A stretch of DNA of 64,000 nt, from positions 226,392 to 290,391 of the forward strand of contig JAXMOG010000003.1 of assembly GCA_034670065.1 (NCBI GenBank), read 5' to 3'. A model generated the notes under the pieces. That model did not search any database. It was not told the origin of the DNA and saw only the letters and a program-made list of their open reading frames with translations. The DNA comes from Pseudoprimorskyibacter sp. GTDB taxonomy: Bacteria; Pseudomonadota; Alphaproteobacteria; Rhodobacterales; Rhodobacteraceae. Made by a program: the position numbers and the translations under genes. The first letter of the stretch is position 1. Each line of letters begins with the position of its first letter. Shown in pieces: positions 17,413 to 26,919 of this stretch.

Positions 17413-18108
17413 ATGTTGCAGATCGAAGACCTGACACTGAAATACGGTCAAAGCCAAATTCTGCACGGTATCTCGCTAACGGCGAACACCGGGCAAGTGA
17501 CCGTGGTTATGGGGCTGAACGGCGTCGGCAAGACATCCTTGCTAAAGGCCATTTCCGGCCGTCACCCCTATGCAAACGGCAGCATCACGCTGGATGGCAA
17601 ACCGCTGAACCATGCCAGCGCCCATTCCGCCGCCAAAGCCGGCATCGCCTATGTCCCACAGGGACGAGAAGTGTTTCCCCTGATGACCGTTATGGAAAAT
17701 CTGGAAAGCGGGTTTGCCTGCCTGCCAGCGTCAGAACGAAAAATCCCGGACCGCATCTTTCAGCTGTTTCCGGTTTTGAAAGAGATGAAAGACCGGCGCG
17801 GCGGCGACCTGTCCGGTGGCCAGCAACAGCAATTGGCCATTGCGCGGGCCCTGATCACAAAGCCCAAAGTACTGCTGTTGGACGAACCGACCGAAGGGAT
17901 TCAGCCCAATATCATCAAGCAGATCGGTGATGTGATCGAAACCCTGCGCGATGAAGGCGACATGGCGATTGTACTGGTGGAACAGTTCTTTGATTTTGCC
18001 ATGCGACTGGGTGATCAGTTTTGCGTGCTGAACCGCGGCGCGGTGGTCATGGACGGCAAGCGCGGCGAAATCGCACGCGAGACTTTGCTGAACGCTGTTT
18101 CTGTCTAA
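17413..18108 (+). CDS. urtE: Urea ABC transporter ATP-binding protein
   Basis: Walker A GLNGVGKTS, signature LSGGQQQQLAIARAL, Walker B LLLDEP. Confidence 0.9.
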   Translation: MLQIEDLTLKYGQSQILHGISLTANTGQVTVVMGLNGVGKTSLLKAISGRHPYANGSITLDGKPLNHASAHSAAKAGIAYVPQGREVFPLMTVMENLESGFACLPASERKIPDRIFQLFPVLKEMKDRRGGDLSGGQQQQLAIARALITKPKVLLLDEPTEGIQPNIIKQIGDVIETLRDEGDMAIVLVEQFFDFAMRLGDQFCVLNRGAVVMDGKRGEIARETLLNAVSV

Positions 18109-18122
18109 CCCAAACGAACAAC

Positions 18123-18150
18123 AAAAGGGCCGTGTATCCACGGCCCTTCT
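18123..18150. terminator. Bidirectional terminator hairpin between urtE and the DsrE-like gene
   Basis: Stem GGGCCGTG/CACGGCCC (18127-34 / 18139-46) with loop TATC. AAAA lies 5' and TT 3'. On the minus strand the hairpin is followed by TTTTGTTGTT. Confidence 0.65.
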
Positions 18151-18170
18151 GGCAGCCCAGTCAGTCGCCG

Positions 18171-18599
18171 CTATGGGCGCACATAGGCATAGCCCTGCTC
18201 TTGCAGCTCAATCAGCCGTACAACACCCGATGGGGTGACAACGGCTTCATCCATCAGCGGAATCTCTTTGCCGGCCTTCGCACTCATCTTGCGATGCGTG
18301 TTGCCGCAGGCGGAAAAGGTCACGTTGTCCATTCCCAAACTCATGGTACTGATCCGGTCTGCCACCGGGCTTTTGCCGGGCACATACATGTTCAGCCCCG
18401 GCCCATAAGCCACAACCTCAATAACAACCGTGTCACCCTGTGCTTCGTAATAGGCCGCAACGTTCTGAACGTTGTTCAGCGCCAAATTCATGACTTTGGG
18501 ATCGTTCTCGTCCACATGGACCGCCAGGTAATGGCTCTGCCCTTCTGCAAAGGCAGTGGTGGCCGCAAACAAGGCTGCAGCCGTGATAAGATATTTCAT
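18171..18599 (-). CDS. Secreted DsrE/DsrF-like family protein
   Basis: Signal peptide MKYLITAAALFAATTAFA and a DsrE-like alpha/beta pattern (LAVHVDENDPKVMNLALNNVQNV...FSACGNT). A GGGAGGA SD is present. Confidence 0.6.
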   Translation of the reverse strand: MKYLITAAALFAATTAFAEGQSHYLAVHVDENDPKVMNLALNNVQNVAAYYEAQGDTVVIEVVAYGPGLNMYVPGKSPVADRISTMSLGMDNVTFSACGNTHRKMSAKAGKEIPLMDEAVVTPSGVVRLIELQEQGYAYVRP

Positions 18600-18869
18600 G
18601 CGTATTTCCTCCCTAGTGCGGGAAGCCTAACACAGATGCCGAGGTACGCATGTGTTTTAATTTGTGCCACTGCCATGTGGGGCACTTCGATACGATGACG
18701 AAACGAAATGACATGGCCAGCCTATAGGCTTTGCTCCAGAGAGTGCGCGCACGGGGCAGCACAGAAGAACCGCCCTTACTTCGCCAAGCACCGGCCGCAT
18801 ACGTGGCACTACAGGCGCTTAATCCGGGGTATGTGGCGGGCCAAAGCCCGCCCTTTGTCGATGATGCGC

Positions 18870-20669
18870 TTAGCTGTCCATCTTCAGCGCAGAAATGAAC
18901 GCTTCCTGCGGGATGTCCACCTTGCCGAATTGGCGCATCTTCTTCTTACCCGCCTTCTGCTTTTCCAGCAGCTTCTTCTTGCGCGTCGCGTCGCCGCCGT
19001 AACATTTGGCGGTCACGTCCTTACGCAGCGCGCTGAGCGTCTCACGGGCGATAACCTTGCCGCCAATCGCCGCTTGGATCGGGATTTTGAACATATGACG
19101 CGGGATCAGGTCTTTGAGCTTTTCGCACATGGCGCGGCCGCGGGCCTCTGCCCGGTCGCGGTGAACCATGGTCGATAGTGCATCAACCGGTTCGTCGTTC
19201 ACCAGAACCTGCATCTTGACCAGCTGATCTTCGCGATAGCCGATCATCTGATAGTCAAAGCTGGCATAACCCTTGGTGACGGATTTCAGACGGTCGTAAA
19301 AATCAAACACCACTTCGTTCAACGGCAGGTCATAAACCACCATCGCACGGGAGCCGGCATAGGTCAGATCCATCTGAATGCCACGACGGTCCTGACACAG
19401 CTTCAGCACATCGCCCAGATACTCATCAGGCACCAGAATGGTGGCCTTGATGCGAGGTTCTTCCAGATGGTCCACCGTCGACATATCCGGCATGTCAGCT
19501 GGATTGTGCAATTCGAACATTTCGCCGTCTTTGGAATGAATGTGATACACAACCGACGGCGCGGTGGTGATCAGATCAATATCATATTCGCGCTCGATCC
19601 GGTCGCGGATCACCTCAAGGTGTAACAACCCAAGGAACCCGCAGCGAAAGCCAAACCCAAGCGCGGCGGATGTTTCCATCTCAAAACTGAAAGACGCGTC
19701 GTTCAGGGCCAGTTTCTCAATTGCGCCGCGCAGGTCTTCAAACTCGGCACTATCCACCGGGAACAGGCCACAGAACACCACAGGGATAGAAGGTTTAAAC
19801 CCTGGCAACGCCTGATCCGTGCCCTTCTTGTCATGCGTGATCGTGTCACCGACCTTGGTGTCGCGCACCTGTTTGATCGACGCCGTCAAAAATCCGATCT
19901 CACCGGGGCCCAGTTCATCAACCGATGTCATGGCCGGGCGGAAAACGCCGATACGATCAACGCCATATTTCGCGTTGGTCTGCATCATCTTGATGTTGTC
20001 GCCCTTCTTCAGAACGCCATCCATGATCCGCACCAGAACGACAACGCCCAAATAGGCGTCATACCAACTGTCGACCAGCATCGCCTTCAACGGCGCATCG
20101 CGCTGACCCGTGGGCGCTGGCAGTTTCTTGACGATGGCTTCCAGCGTTTCCTTGATACCAACTCCCGTCTTGGCCGAAACCTGAATAGCGTCTGATGCGT
20201 CGATACCGATCACATCTTCGATCTGTTCAGCCACGCGCTCACAATCGCTGGCGGGCAGATCGATCTTGTTCAGAACCGGCACAATCTCATGGTCGGCATC
20301 GATCGCCTGATACACGTTGGCCAGCGTCTGCGCTTCGACACCTTGGGTACTGTCCACAACCAGCAACGAACCCTCGACAGCCCGCATGGACCGGCTGACC
20401 TCATAAGCAAAGTCAACGTGGCCGGGGGTGTCGATCAGGTTCAGGACATAAGCTTCACCGTCGTCGGCAATATAGTCGATGCGGACGGTGTTGGCCTTAA
20501 TGGTGATGCCCCGTTCCCGCTCAATATCCATACTGTCGAGCAACTGTTCCTTCATGTCCCGTTCCGCCACTGTGTTGGTGGACTGGATCAAACGGTCAGC
20601 AAGGGTGGATTTACCATGGTCGATATGCGCGACGATGGAAAAATTGCGGATATGGGAAAGCGCTGTCAT
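18870..20669 (-). CDS. lepA: Translation elongation factor 4
   Basis: [27 protein letters not shown]... at full EF4 length (599 aa). The ORF-track start 20747 is an upstream extension. Confidence 0.95.
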   Translation of the reverse strand: MTALSHIRNFSIVAHIDHGKSTLADRLIQSTNTVAERDMKEQLLDSMDIERERGITIKANTVRIDYIADDGEAYVLNLIDTPGHVDFAYEVSRSMRAVEGSLLVVDSTQGVEAQTLANVYQAIDADHEIVPVLNKIDLPASDCERVAEQIEDVIGIDASDAIQVSAKTGVGIKETLEAIVKKLPAPTGQRDAPLKAMLVDSWYDAYLGVVVLVRIMDGVLKKGDNIKMMQTNAKYGVDRIGVFRPAMTSVDELGPGEIGFLTASIKQVRDTKVGDTITHDKKGTDQALPGFKPSIPVVFCGLFPVDSAEFEDLRGAIEKLALNDASFSFEMETSAALGFGFRCGFLGLLHLEVIRDRIEREYDIDLITTAPSVVYHIHSKDGEMFELHNPADMPDMSTVDHLEEPRIKATILVPDEYLGDVLKLCQDRRGIQMDLTYAGSRAMVVYDLPLNEVVFDFYDRLKSVTKGYASFDYQMIGYREDQLVKMQVLVNDEPVDALSTMVHRDRAEARGRAMCEKLKDLIPRHMFKIPIQAAIGGKVIARETLSALRKDVTAKCYGGDATRKKKLLEKQKAGKKKMRQFGKVDIPQEAFISALKMDS

Positions 20670-20732
20670 GTAAGGCGATATGATGCGGAAATGCGGGGCG
20701 GTCAATATCCGACGCAGTATCAGAGCCACATG

Positions 20733-20759
20733 AAAAAGGCCGGACACGAATGCCCGGCC
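20733..20759 (-). terminator. Rho-independent terminator downstream of the small RTX gene
   Basis: On the minus strand GGCCGG-(10 nt)-CCGGCC is followed by TTTTT. A second hairpin GCGCCCC/GGGGCGC lies at 20775-20793. Confidence 0.5.
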
Positions 20760-20804
20760 CGAATTCTGTGCGCAGCGCCCCGTTTTGGGGCGCCGGTATT
20801 CGCC

Positions 20805-21347
20805 TTATGCGAAGTTGTAGTACAGGTCAGCGTCGGCAACGTAGCCGTCGATTTCCATACCCATCGTTGACAGATAGTCATCCCACGCCTGGGCCAGACC
20901 ACCGGACCATGCGTCCAGCAGCAGAATTTGCTGGGTGTCGCCGGATTCGGAGTTCTCGATGGTGAATACGATGTCGGTGCCGTAATCCACGTTGTTGCGC
21001 AGATCCCAACCGTTCTTTTCTTCGATTTCCGACTTAACCAGTTGGATCGACAGCACGTTCAGGTCAGCGCTGGCGCTGTCCAAGAACTGCAACATGTCGT
21101 CCTGACGGATGTCGAAATCTGTGATGATATCGGTGCCGTCGTCAACAATATGACCGGCCGAGAAAACAAACGTGTCACGATCCAAACCGCCCATCATGAC
21201 GTCTTCGCCCTGACCGCCGATAATCGTGTCGTCGCCACGACCGCCGATAATAATGTCGTTTCCGCTGTAGCCACGCATCAGATCGTCTTCACGCGTGCCC
21301 CACAGTTTATCGCTTACACCTTGTGCAGTACCTTCGATAATGGGCAT
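20805..21347 (-). CDS. Small RTX-type calcium-binding repeat protein (180 aa)
   Basis: GYSGNDIIIGGRGDDTIIGGQGEDVMMGGLDRDTFVF nonapeptide repeats. It is acidic, has no Cys and no signal peptide. Confidence 0.8.
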   Translation of the reverse strand: MPIIEGTAQGVSDKLWGTREDDLMRGYSGNDIIIGGRGDDTIIGGQGEDVMMGGLDRDTFVFSAGHIVDDGTDIITDFDIRQDDMLQFLDSASADLNVLSIQLVKSEIEEKNGWDLRNNVDYGTDIVFTIENSESGDTQQILLLDAWSGGLAQAWDDYLSTMGMEIDGYVADADLYYNFA

Positions 21348-21560
21348 TCTGTGTCCCCCTTTTTAAAAACATGCTCGCCTCTTTCGGCACTAAGAATCAT
21401 ACGCCTGTTCAGCCGGGCATTCGAGGGGGAGAAGTCGTATTTTGACTTCAAAAATCGCGGCAGGATTGTTTCAGCATATGTCGCAATTCGTGACCATACC
21501 TGCCATTGTTCGGATTTTATCACCTAAATATGGCATTTTAGGCGATTTTTCTCCGACGCC

Positions 21561-22130
21561 TCAGAAAGAATTTGACACGCCCAACCGGGCTGACCGGCGC
21601 CGCCGCCGTTGCCGAAAAATCACGGTTCCCAAAAGAAGACTGGTGCCAAGTAACGTCATCGTGTTTGGCAGTGGAACAACTGACGCTTCAAACGTGCAGT
21701 TTACGTCTTGCCCGCAGTAGAAATTGCCGCCGTCTCGATAGTCCAGATTGCCGATCCCGACCCATTCTTTGCGCCAAACAGTCAGCCCCAGCAGGTCGTA
21801 GAAGGCGCTGCGATCCGAAAAGGTAAAGTACATTTTCGAATCCGGATTCAGAATATCGGCACTGTTCCAAAACTGAATTGGCGCGACAGCAGGGTCCAAC
21901 GTTCCGACAACATCCAGAAACCGCGCCTCTGCCCACAGCGGTTGCGGCAGGTAAGATTGCACAGGCTGCCCGTCAGGTGGCGTTAGATACGTATAGGCAA
22001 CATGTGCGTTCTGCCCGGCGTAGAGCCCAGACAGAAAGTGATAATCTATGGTCTGCTTAATTGTAGCGGCTTGGGCCGAAGTGGCCAAAGCCGCCGCAAG
22101 AATTGCAGCCGCCAGTCGGGCTACCCTCAT
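21561..22130 (-). CDS. VPLPA-CTERM sorting-domain protein, paralog 1 (189 aa)
   Basis: Signal peptide MRVARLAAAILAAALATSAQA. The C-terminus is ...YCGQDVNCTFEASVVPLPNTMTLLGTSLLLGTVIFRQRRRRR (VPLP motif + TM + basic tail). The start overlaps the stop of paralog 2 (ATGA). Confidence 0.75.
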   Translation of the reverse strand: MRVARLAAAILAAALATSAQAATIKQTIDYHFLSGLYAGQNAHVAYTYLTPPDGQPVQSYLPQPLWAEARFLDVVGTLDPAVAPIQFWNSADILNPDSKMYFTFSDRSAFYDLLGLTVWRKEWVGIGNLDYRDGGNFYCGQDVNCTFEASVVPLPNTMTLLGTSLLLGTVIFRQRRRRRSARLGVSNSF

Positions 22131-22699
22131 GCAGTGGTCTCCCCAGCCTTGGCTTTCTGAGACCGCTTGCGCCGACCAAAGGCCAACCCGCCCAGCGCCA
22201 ATGCACTGCCCAATAGCGGCAAAGCAGCCGGCAAAGGAACCACAGAGGCCTGGAAAGTACAATTCAGGTCTTCCCCACCACAACGATAGGTCAGCACATC
22301 ATCCTGATCGCGGCTCCACACACCGATGTTAGAGGTGTTCCACACCAAGAATGCGCGCAGCAAATCCGATGTGGGCCCCGGCCATGAGAAATAGAAGTCG
22401 AGATAGGGCTCAGGCTGCATGATGTTGCCCGAACCGGAAAAGACCAACAGCGCGGTGCTGGTATCCAACACGCCAACCCAGCCGTTGAAATTGACAAAGG
22501 CATTCCCCGGCACCGGGCTGTATGGCCAGATGCTCTCCCCATCTGGCAAGTCAGGGTAATAATATTCGACATGCGCATCCCAACCGGCCCATGGGCCTGT
22601 CAGAAAGTCATAATCGATGGTTTGCTTGATCGTAGACGCCCCGGCTGCGCTGCCCAAAGCAAGCGCTGCGACGGTGGCCAGAACTTTGGTTCCAGACAT
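22127..22699 (-). CDS. VPLPA-CTERM sorting-domain protein, paralog 2 (190 aa)
   Basis: Signal peptide MSGTKVLATVAALALGSAAGAS. The C-terminus is ...RCGGEDLNCTFQASVVPLPAALPLLGSALALGGLAFGRRKR. The N-terminal block [AS]TIKQTIDY.FL.G is shared with paralog 1. Confidence 0.75.
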   Translation of the reverse strand: MSGTKVLATVAALALGSAAGASTIKQTIDYDFLTGPWAGWDAHVEYYYPDLPDGESIWPYSPVPGNAFVNFNGWVGVLDTSTALLVFSGSGNIMQPEPYLDFYFSWPGPTSDLLRAFLVWNTSNIGVWSRDQDDVLTYRCGGEDLNCTFQASVVPLPAALPLLGSALALGGLAFGRRKRSQKAKAGETTA

Positions 22700-22952
22700 C
22701 AGTACCCCCCAATTCAGAGGTTCGCGCGTTGACGTAGTGTCAGAGATCAGAGCGCGTGTGTCAATGATTTGGGTCAAGTGGAGGTTTGAAGGGGCATTGG
22801 AGCGATGGGTGCCCAAGGTGAACACCCCAGCCCGCCGCAACACCCACAGCCGCGAAGACTTTGTGGCTTCGCAGATGTGGCGAGCGTCTTCACGGAGACA
22901 CAAACTTGAAAGAAGGTGTCAGAAAGCCGACTTGTCGCCGGCTTTTCCGATG

Positions 22953-23861
22953 TTAGCCCTCTACAACCTCTAAAAACTCCCGCCATTCCCGCTTGCTCAA
23001 GCCGGATGTCTCTTGCGTGACCTCTTCACCCTTCAACATCCGCCGAACGCAATCAAGGGCTGCGCCAGACAGGTTCGCACCGCCCATGCGGTAATCCTCG
23101 AAGGCTTTGTAGGCAAAAGGCACCCAATCGGCCACGATCTTGCAGATCGCATCGGCATAAACACGGATTTCGTATTGGGCGTGAGCATCGGCGCGCAGGC
23201 GCAGAAAATGCAGCAGGTTGTGCAGGTCCACTTTCCAATACCATTGGGTATAGATGTTGGCAGGCAGGTTCATACGCGCCAATTCGCGGGCCAGGCCTTG
23301 TTGGCCGTCTTGGCTGATCATCTCTTCGTAATGGTCATACGCCTTCATCGCGTCTTCGCGCAGGTAACGCAGGACGCGCTCGGCCTCTTCACCGCTCAGC
23401 GCTTCACCCCGACCCTGATTATTGATGACAGATTGTGCCGCCAGTGCATCAGGTTCCGGGATATAAAATTCGCGATCCAGAATGGAATAACGGGCCGAGT
23501 ATTCGTTGACGTTGGCTGTCCGGTGACGGATCCATTGACGCGCAACAAAGACCGGCAGTTTGACGTGCAGCTTGATTTCGCACATTTCAAACGGGGTCGA
23601 ATGCCAGTGACGCATCAGATAGCGGATCAATCCTTCGTCATTCTGGACGGATTTCGTTCCCTTGCCATAAGACACGCGCGCCGCTTGGCAAATGGCAGCA
23701 TCGTCCCCCATGTAATCAATCACCCGCACCAGGCCGTGATCCAAGACCGGATACGCGGTGTACAGATGCGCCTCCATTCCTTCTGACACGGCGCGTAGGG
23801 TCTGGCGCGGTGTGCTGCGCTGTTCGTCAATTTCGGCCTGTTGTTCGGGCGAAAGCGGCAT
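22953..23861 (-). CDS. thyX: FAD-dependent thymidylate synthase
   Basis: ThyX signature [17 protein letters not shown]. The start is taken at MPLSPEQQ (the ORF-track start 23960 is an extension). Confidence 0.9.
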   Translation of the reverse strand: MPLSPEQQAEIDEQRSTPRQTLRAVSEGMEAHLYTAYPVLDHGLVRVIDYMGDDAAICQAARVSYGKGTKSVQNDEGLIRYLMRHWHSTPFEMCEIKLHVKLPVFVARQWIRHRTANVNEYSARYSILDREFYIPEPDALAAQSVINNQGRGEALSGEEAERVLRYLREDAMKAYDHYEEMISQDGQQGLARELARMNLPANIYTQWYWKVDLHNLLHFLRLRADAHAQYEIRVYADAICKIVADWVPFAYKAFEDYRMGGANLSGAALDCVRRMLKGEEVTQETSGLSKREWREFLEVVEG

Positions 23862-24068
23862 GGGGCGAATCCTTTTGGCACAAGATGAGTCGCGAGCCAC
23901 TATATCTGGACAATCCGTCAGGGTGTACCGCCACATGATGCGGCGGCAAAAGGGTCGCATTCTTGCCTAAATCACACAATGCGCCAGTGGTTTCCATTGA
24001 CTTTACAGCATTGTCCAAGCAACTTTCAGCCCAAGAAAAAAACCGGGCAGGCGATCCGAGGCAGTCAT

Positions 24069-25034
24069 ATGAAACGTATTTTTGTAACGCTGGCGACAGC
24101 GAGTGCATTGGCGAGTTGTAGCGTCAGCGGTGGCAATCCGCTGATTGGCACAACCGACGACGGCACAACAACCGACACAGGAACCGCGACAGCCGCGGAC
24201 AATAGCGCACTGACGAAGAACCTTTCTTCGATCACAGTGCCCGATGGCAGTCAGGTTTTGGTGAACATCGCATCGCTTGACGGGACACCCTTGGAAGCAA
24301 CCTTTGTGCGGCGTACCGATCTGGATACCGCCGGGTATGAAGCCTATGCCATTCAGGAAGACCCGCTGGACCGCTTGTTCATCGCTCTGACCAAAACCGC
24401 AAACGATAACGCCAGCCGCGCCGCAGTGGTGCAGGACGGCGGACAGTTTAACCGTTATTTGGACGGCGGGTATTACGAACAGACCGGCCCTTACACCGCC
24501 CCCGACCCCAACAGCACAACAGCCGGCACCGGACAGGTGTCCTACGCCGGGACATACGCGGGCTTCACCAACATCGCCACTGCATCTGGCGCGGGTCTGC
24601 TGGCCATTCCTGGAACGGTTGATCCAACCACCCTGCCCGATCTGCCGGCCGAAGCGTTCCGCATTTCGGCACTTGCCTTCCTGAACGCCAACTTTGCCGA
24701 CAACGTGGTGAACGGTGAAATCTACAATCGTGATATGATCGATCCGTCCGATCTCAGCGTTGTTACGCGCTATCCCAACATCTCGTTGATCGTCACCGAC
24801 ATTGACGCTGACGGCGGGTTCTTGGGCACGGCTGAAATCGAAAACGATGTGGGTGTGACCAGCGGATCTTACGGTGGTGTCTTTGGTGGCACCGGCGCCA
24901 CCTCCGTTTCCGGTATTCTGGCGTTGACCAACTTCGACAACGATATTGATGATGAAGAAGAAATCGGGATTTTCGTGCTGACCAAATGTGGGGCAACGGG
25001 CGACAGCGCACTGTGCGACGCGGTACAACCTTAA
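24069..25034 (+). CDS. Lipoprotein with TbpB/fHbp-like C-terminal beta-barrel (candidate Slam-dependent surface lipoprotein)
   Basis: Lipobox MKRIFVTLATASALASC. A T/D/G-rich linker follows. The C-terminal pattern is GQVSYAGTYAGF...ANFADNVVNGEIYNR...DIDADGGFLGTAEI...GSYGGVFGGTGATSVSGILAL, typical of the 8-stranded barrel of TbpB-like lipoproteins. Confidence 0.6.
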   Translation: MKRIFVTLATASALASCSVSGGNPLIGTTDDGTTTDTGTATAADNSALTKNLSSITVPDGSQVLVNIASLDGTPLEATFVRRTDLDTAGYEAYAIQEDPLDRLFIALTKTANDNASRAAVVQDGGQFNRYLDGGYYEQTGPYTAPDPNSTTAGTGQVSYAGTYAGFTNIATASGAGLLAIPGTVDPTTLPDLPAEAFRISALAFLNANFADNVVNGEIYNRDMIDPSDLSVVTRYPNISLIVTDIDADGGFLGTAEIENDVGVTSGSYGGVFGGTGATSVSGILALTNFDNDIDDEEEIGIFVLTKCGATGDSALCDAVQP

Positions 25035-26413
25035 CCCGCAGATTGCGCAACTTGGCTGTGGTGCTGCTGATCGGCGGCGCCCAGCCCGCATTTGCGCAAG
25101 ATGTGATAGACGTCAAAACTGTGCCTCAGGCGCAGCGATTGGCGATGGTGGCGATTGGGTCCGGGCAACTGGAACTGGCTCTGCAACTGGCAGATGCCAT
25201 TTTGGCCGCGCACCCCGAAGACAGCTTTGCCCATATGGTTCGGGCAACGGCATTGTTGCAAAGCGGCCAGCCACGCGAAGCGGCACCAGAGGCACGACGC
25301 GCCTATCGGTATGCCGAGACCCCGCGTCAGAAATACGAAGCCGCCCGCATTGCCGCCTTGGCTGCGACCCGACAACAGCGATTTTTGCCTGCCCAAATAT
25401 GGATGCGCCGCGCCATTCAAGCTGCCCCACTGCCAACAGACCGTGCCCGCGCCTCTCAGGAGTTTCGAGCTGTGCGTCAGGCTGCGCGTCTGGGCATTGA
25501 TCTGGGCTTTTCGGTGGTTCCATCCTCGAATGTGAACGGTGGCAGCGGCGACCGATTGAACGTGATCGAAGGTGTGGATCTGGTTGGCGTATTGTCCGGC
25601 GCTGCATTGGCATTGCCTGGAACCGTCACATCTGGCCAAGCGAAACTACGCTACCGTTTGGCGCAAAACCAGCGCAGTATCACTCAACTGACCGGCGCAT
25701 TGGAAGTGACCCGCGTTGCTTTGACCGATGAGGCACGCACGTTGGCACCAACGACGTCCAACAAGGATTTTTCCGCCACTTATGCCGAAATCGGCCTGAC
25801 ACATGCGCGGATGATGGGGCCGGACGGTGCGGTCCTTCGGCTGAATGCCGATTTGGGGCGTGTCTGGCGGGCCGGTGATATTTCTCACAATGTTGCGCGG
25901 GGCACGCTGTCTTACGGCTGGAATCTCAGCCAGACCACACGGCTGACCTTGTCCGGCACGGCGCAGCAAGAATTTTCCTTTGCCGATGGGCGCGATGACG
26001 TTCGCACCGGCGCGGTTGCAGCGACCTTTCACCATAGCCTGGCCAACAAAGACACTCTGTCGCTTCAACTGGGGCGCAGCGCCGCCTTGTCAGACAATGC
26101 TCAGGCGGAACGAACGGCAAGCACCCTGTCACTGGGGTACACGCGCCACAAACCTTTGGGGCCTGTCACCCTGTCTGGGCGCTTAACTCTGAGCGAAGCC
26201 CATTACCCGGACTATATGGTTGGGTTGATCACCGTACCAAACGGGCGGCGCGATCAACGCATTGCGGCCCAAGTGAATTTCGGAATCACCCCATTGGAAT
26301 ATATGGGGTTTCTGCCCACAGTTACGCTGTCGGCGGAAAAAACAGACTCAAACGTCAGCCGGTTCACGACAGACGAAATGTCTGTTTCAGTCGGCTTTCG
26401 CTCTGCTTTCTGA
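24986..26413 (+). CDS. Outer-membrane TPR + DUF560 beta-barrel protein (surface lipoprotein assembly modifier, Slam-like)
   Basis: Signal peptide ...LRNLAVVLLIGGAQPAFA. The N-terminal region is helical and TPR-like. The C-terminal about 300 aa has alternating beta-strand patterns starting GIDLGFSVVPSSNVNGGS and ending ...VSVGFRSAF (terminal Phe). An alternative TTG start at 25043 would remove the 49-nt overlap with the upstream gene. Confidence 0.6.
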   Translation: MWGNGRQRTVRRGTTLTRRLRNLAVVLLIGGAQPAFAQDVIDVKTVPQAQRLAMVAIGSGQLELALQLADAILAAHPEDSFAHMVRATALLQSGQPREAAPEARRAYRYAETPRQKYEAARIAALAATRQQRFLPAQIWMRRAIQAAPLPTDRARASQEFRAVRQAARLGIDLGFSVVPSSNVNGGSGDRLNVIEGVDLVGVLSGAALALPGTVTSGQAKLRYRLAQNQRSITQLTGALEVTRVALTDEARTLAPTTSNKDFSATYAEIGLTHARMMGPDGAVLRLNADLGRVWRAGDISHNVARGTLSYGWNLSQTTRLTLSGTAQQEFSFADGRDDVRTGAVAATFHHSLANKDTLSLQLGRSAALSDNAQAERTASTLSLGYTRHKPLGPVTLSGRLTLSEAHYPDYMVGLITVPNGRRDQRIAAQVNFGITPLEYMGFLPTVTLSAEKTDSNVSRFTTDEMSVSVGFRSAF

Positions 26414-26490
26414 CCTTCGACAATCACCTCTCGACAGTCCGCGCAAAGCCCCTATCCTTGGACCCAACAACTATTCCAACAGGAGGCCCC

Positions 26491-26919
26491 ATGAGCGTTA
26501 AATATCTGCACACCATGGTTCGCGTGAAAGACCTTGAAAAATCAGTCGCGTTTTTCAAATTGCTGGGCTTGAAAGAGACCCGCCGCACCGACAACGACAA
26601 AGGCCGCTTTACACTGTTGTTCATGGCCCCTCCTGGACAAGAGGAATGCCCGGTCGAGTTGACCTACAACTGGGATGGCGATGACGGCTTGCCATCTGAC
26701 AGCCGTCACTTTGGCCATCTGGCTTATTCGGTCGCGAATATTTACGAAACTTGTCAGCTACTTCAGGACAATGGCGTGGTTATCAACCGCCCGCCGCGCG
26801 ATGGCCATATGGCCTTTGTTCGGTCCCCCGACAATGTGTCGATTGAACTGTTGCAACACGGCGATGCATTGGAGCCTCAAGAGCCATGGGCAAGCATGGG
26901 CAATACCGGACATTGGTAA
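26491..26919 (+). CDS. gloA: Lactoylglutathione lyase (glyoxalase I, VOC family)
   Basis: MSVKYLHTMVRVKDLEKSVAFFKLLGLKE...FGHLAYSVANIYETCQLLQDNGV...AFVRSPDNVSIELLQ. An AGGAGG SD is present. Confidence 0.85.
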   Translation: MSVKYLHTMVRVKDLEKSVAFFKLLGLKETRRTDNDKGRFTLLFMAPPGQEECPVELTYNWDGDDGLPSDSRHFGHLAYSVANIYETCQLLQDNGVVINRPPRDGHMAFVRSPDNVSIELLQHGDALEPQEPWASMGNTGHW

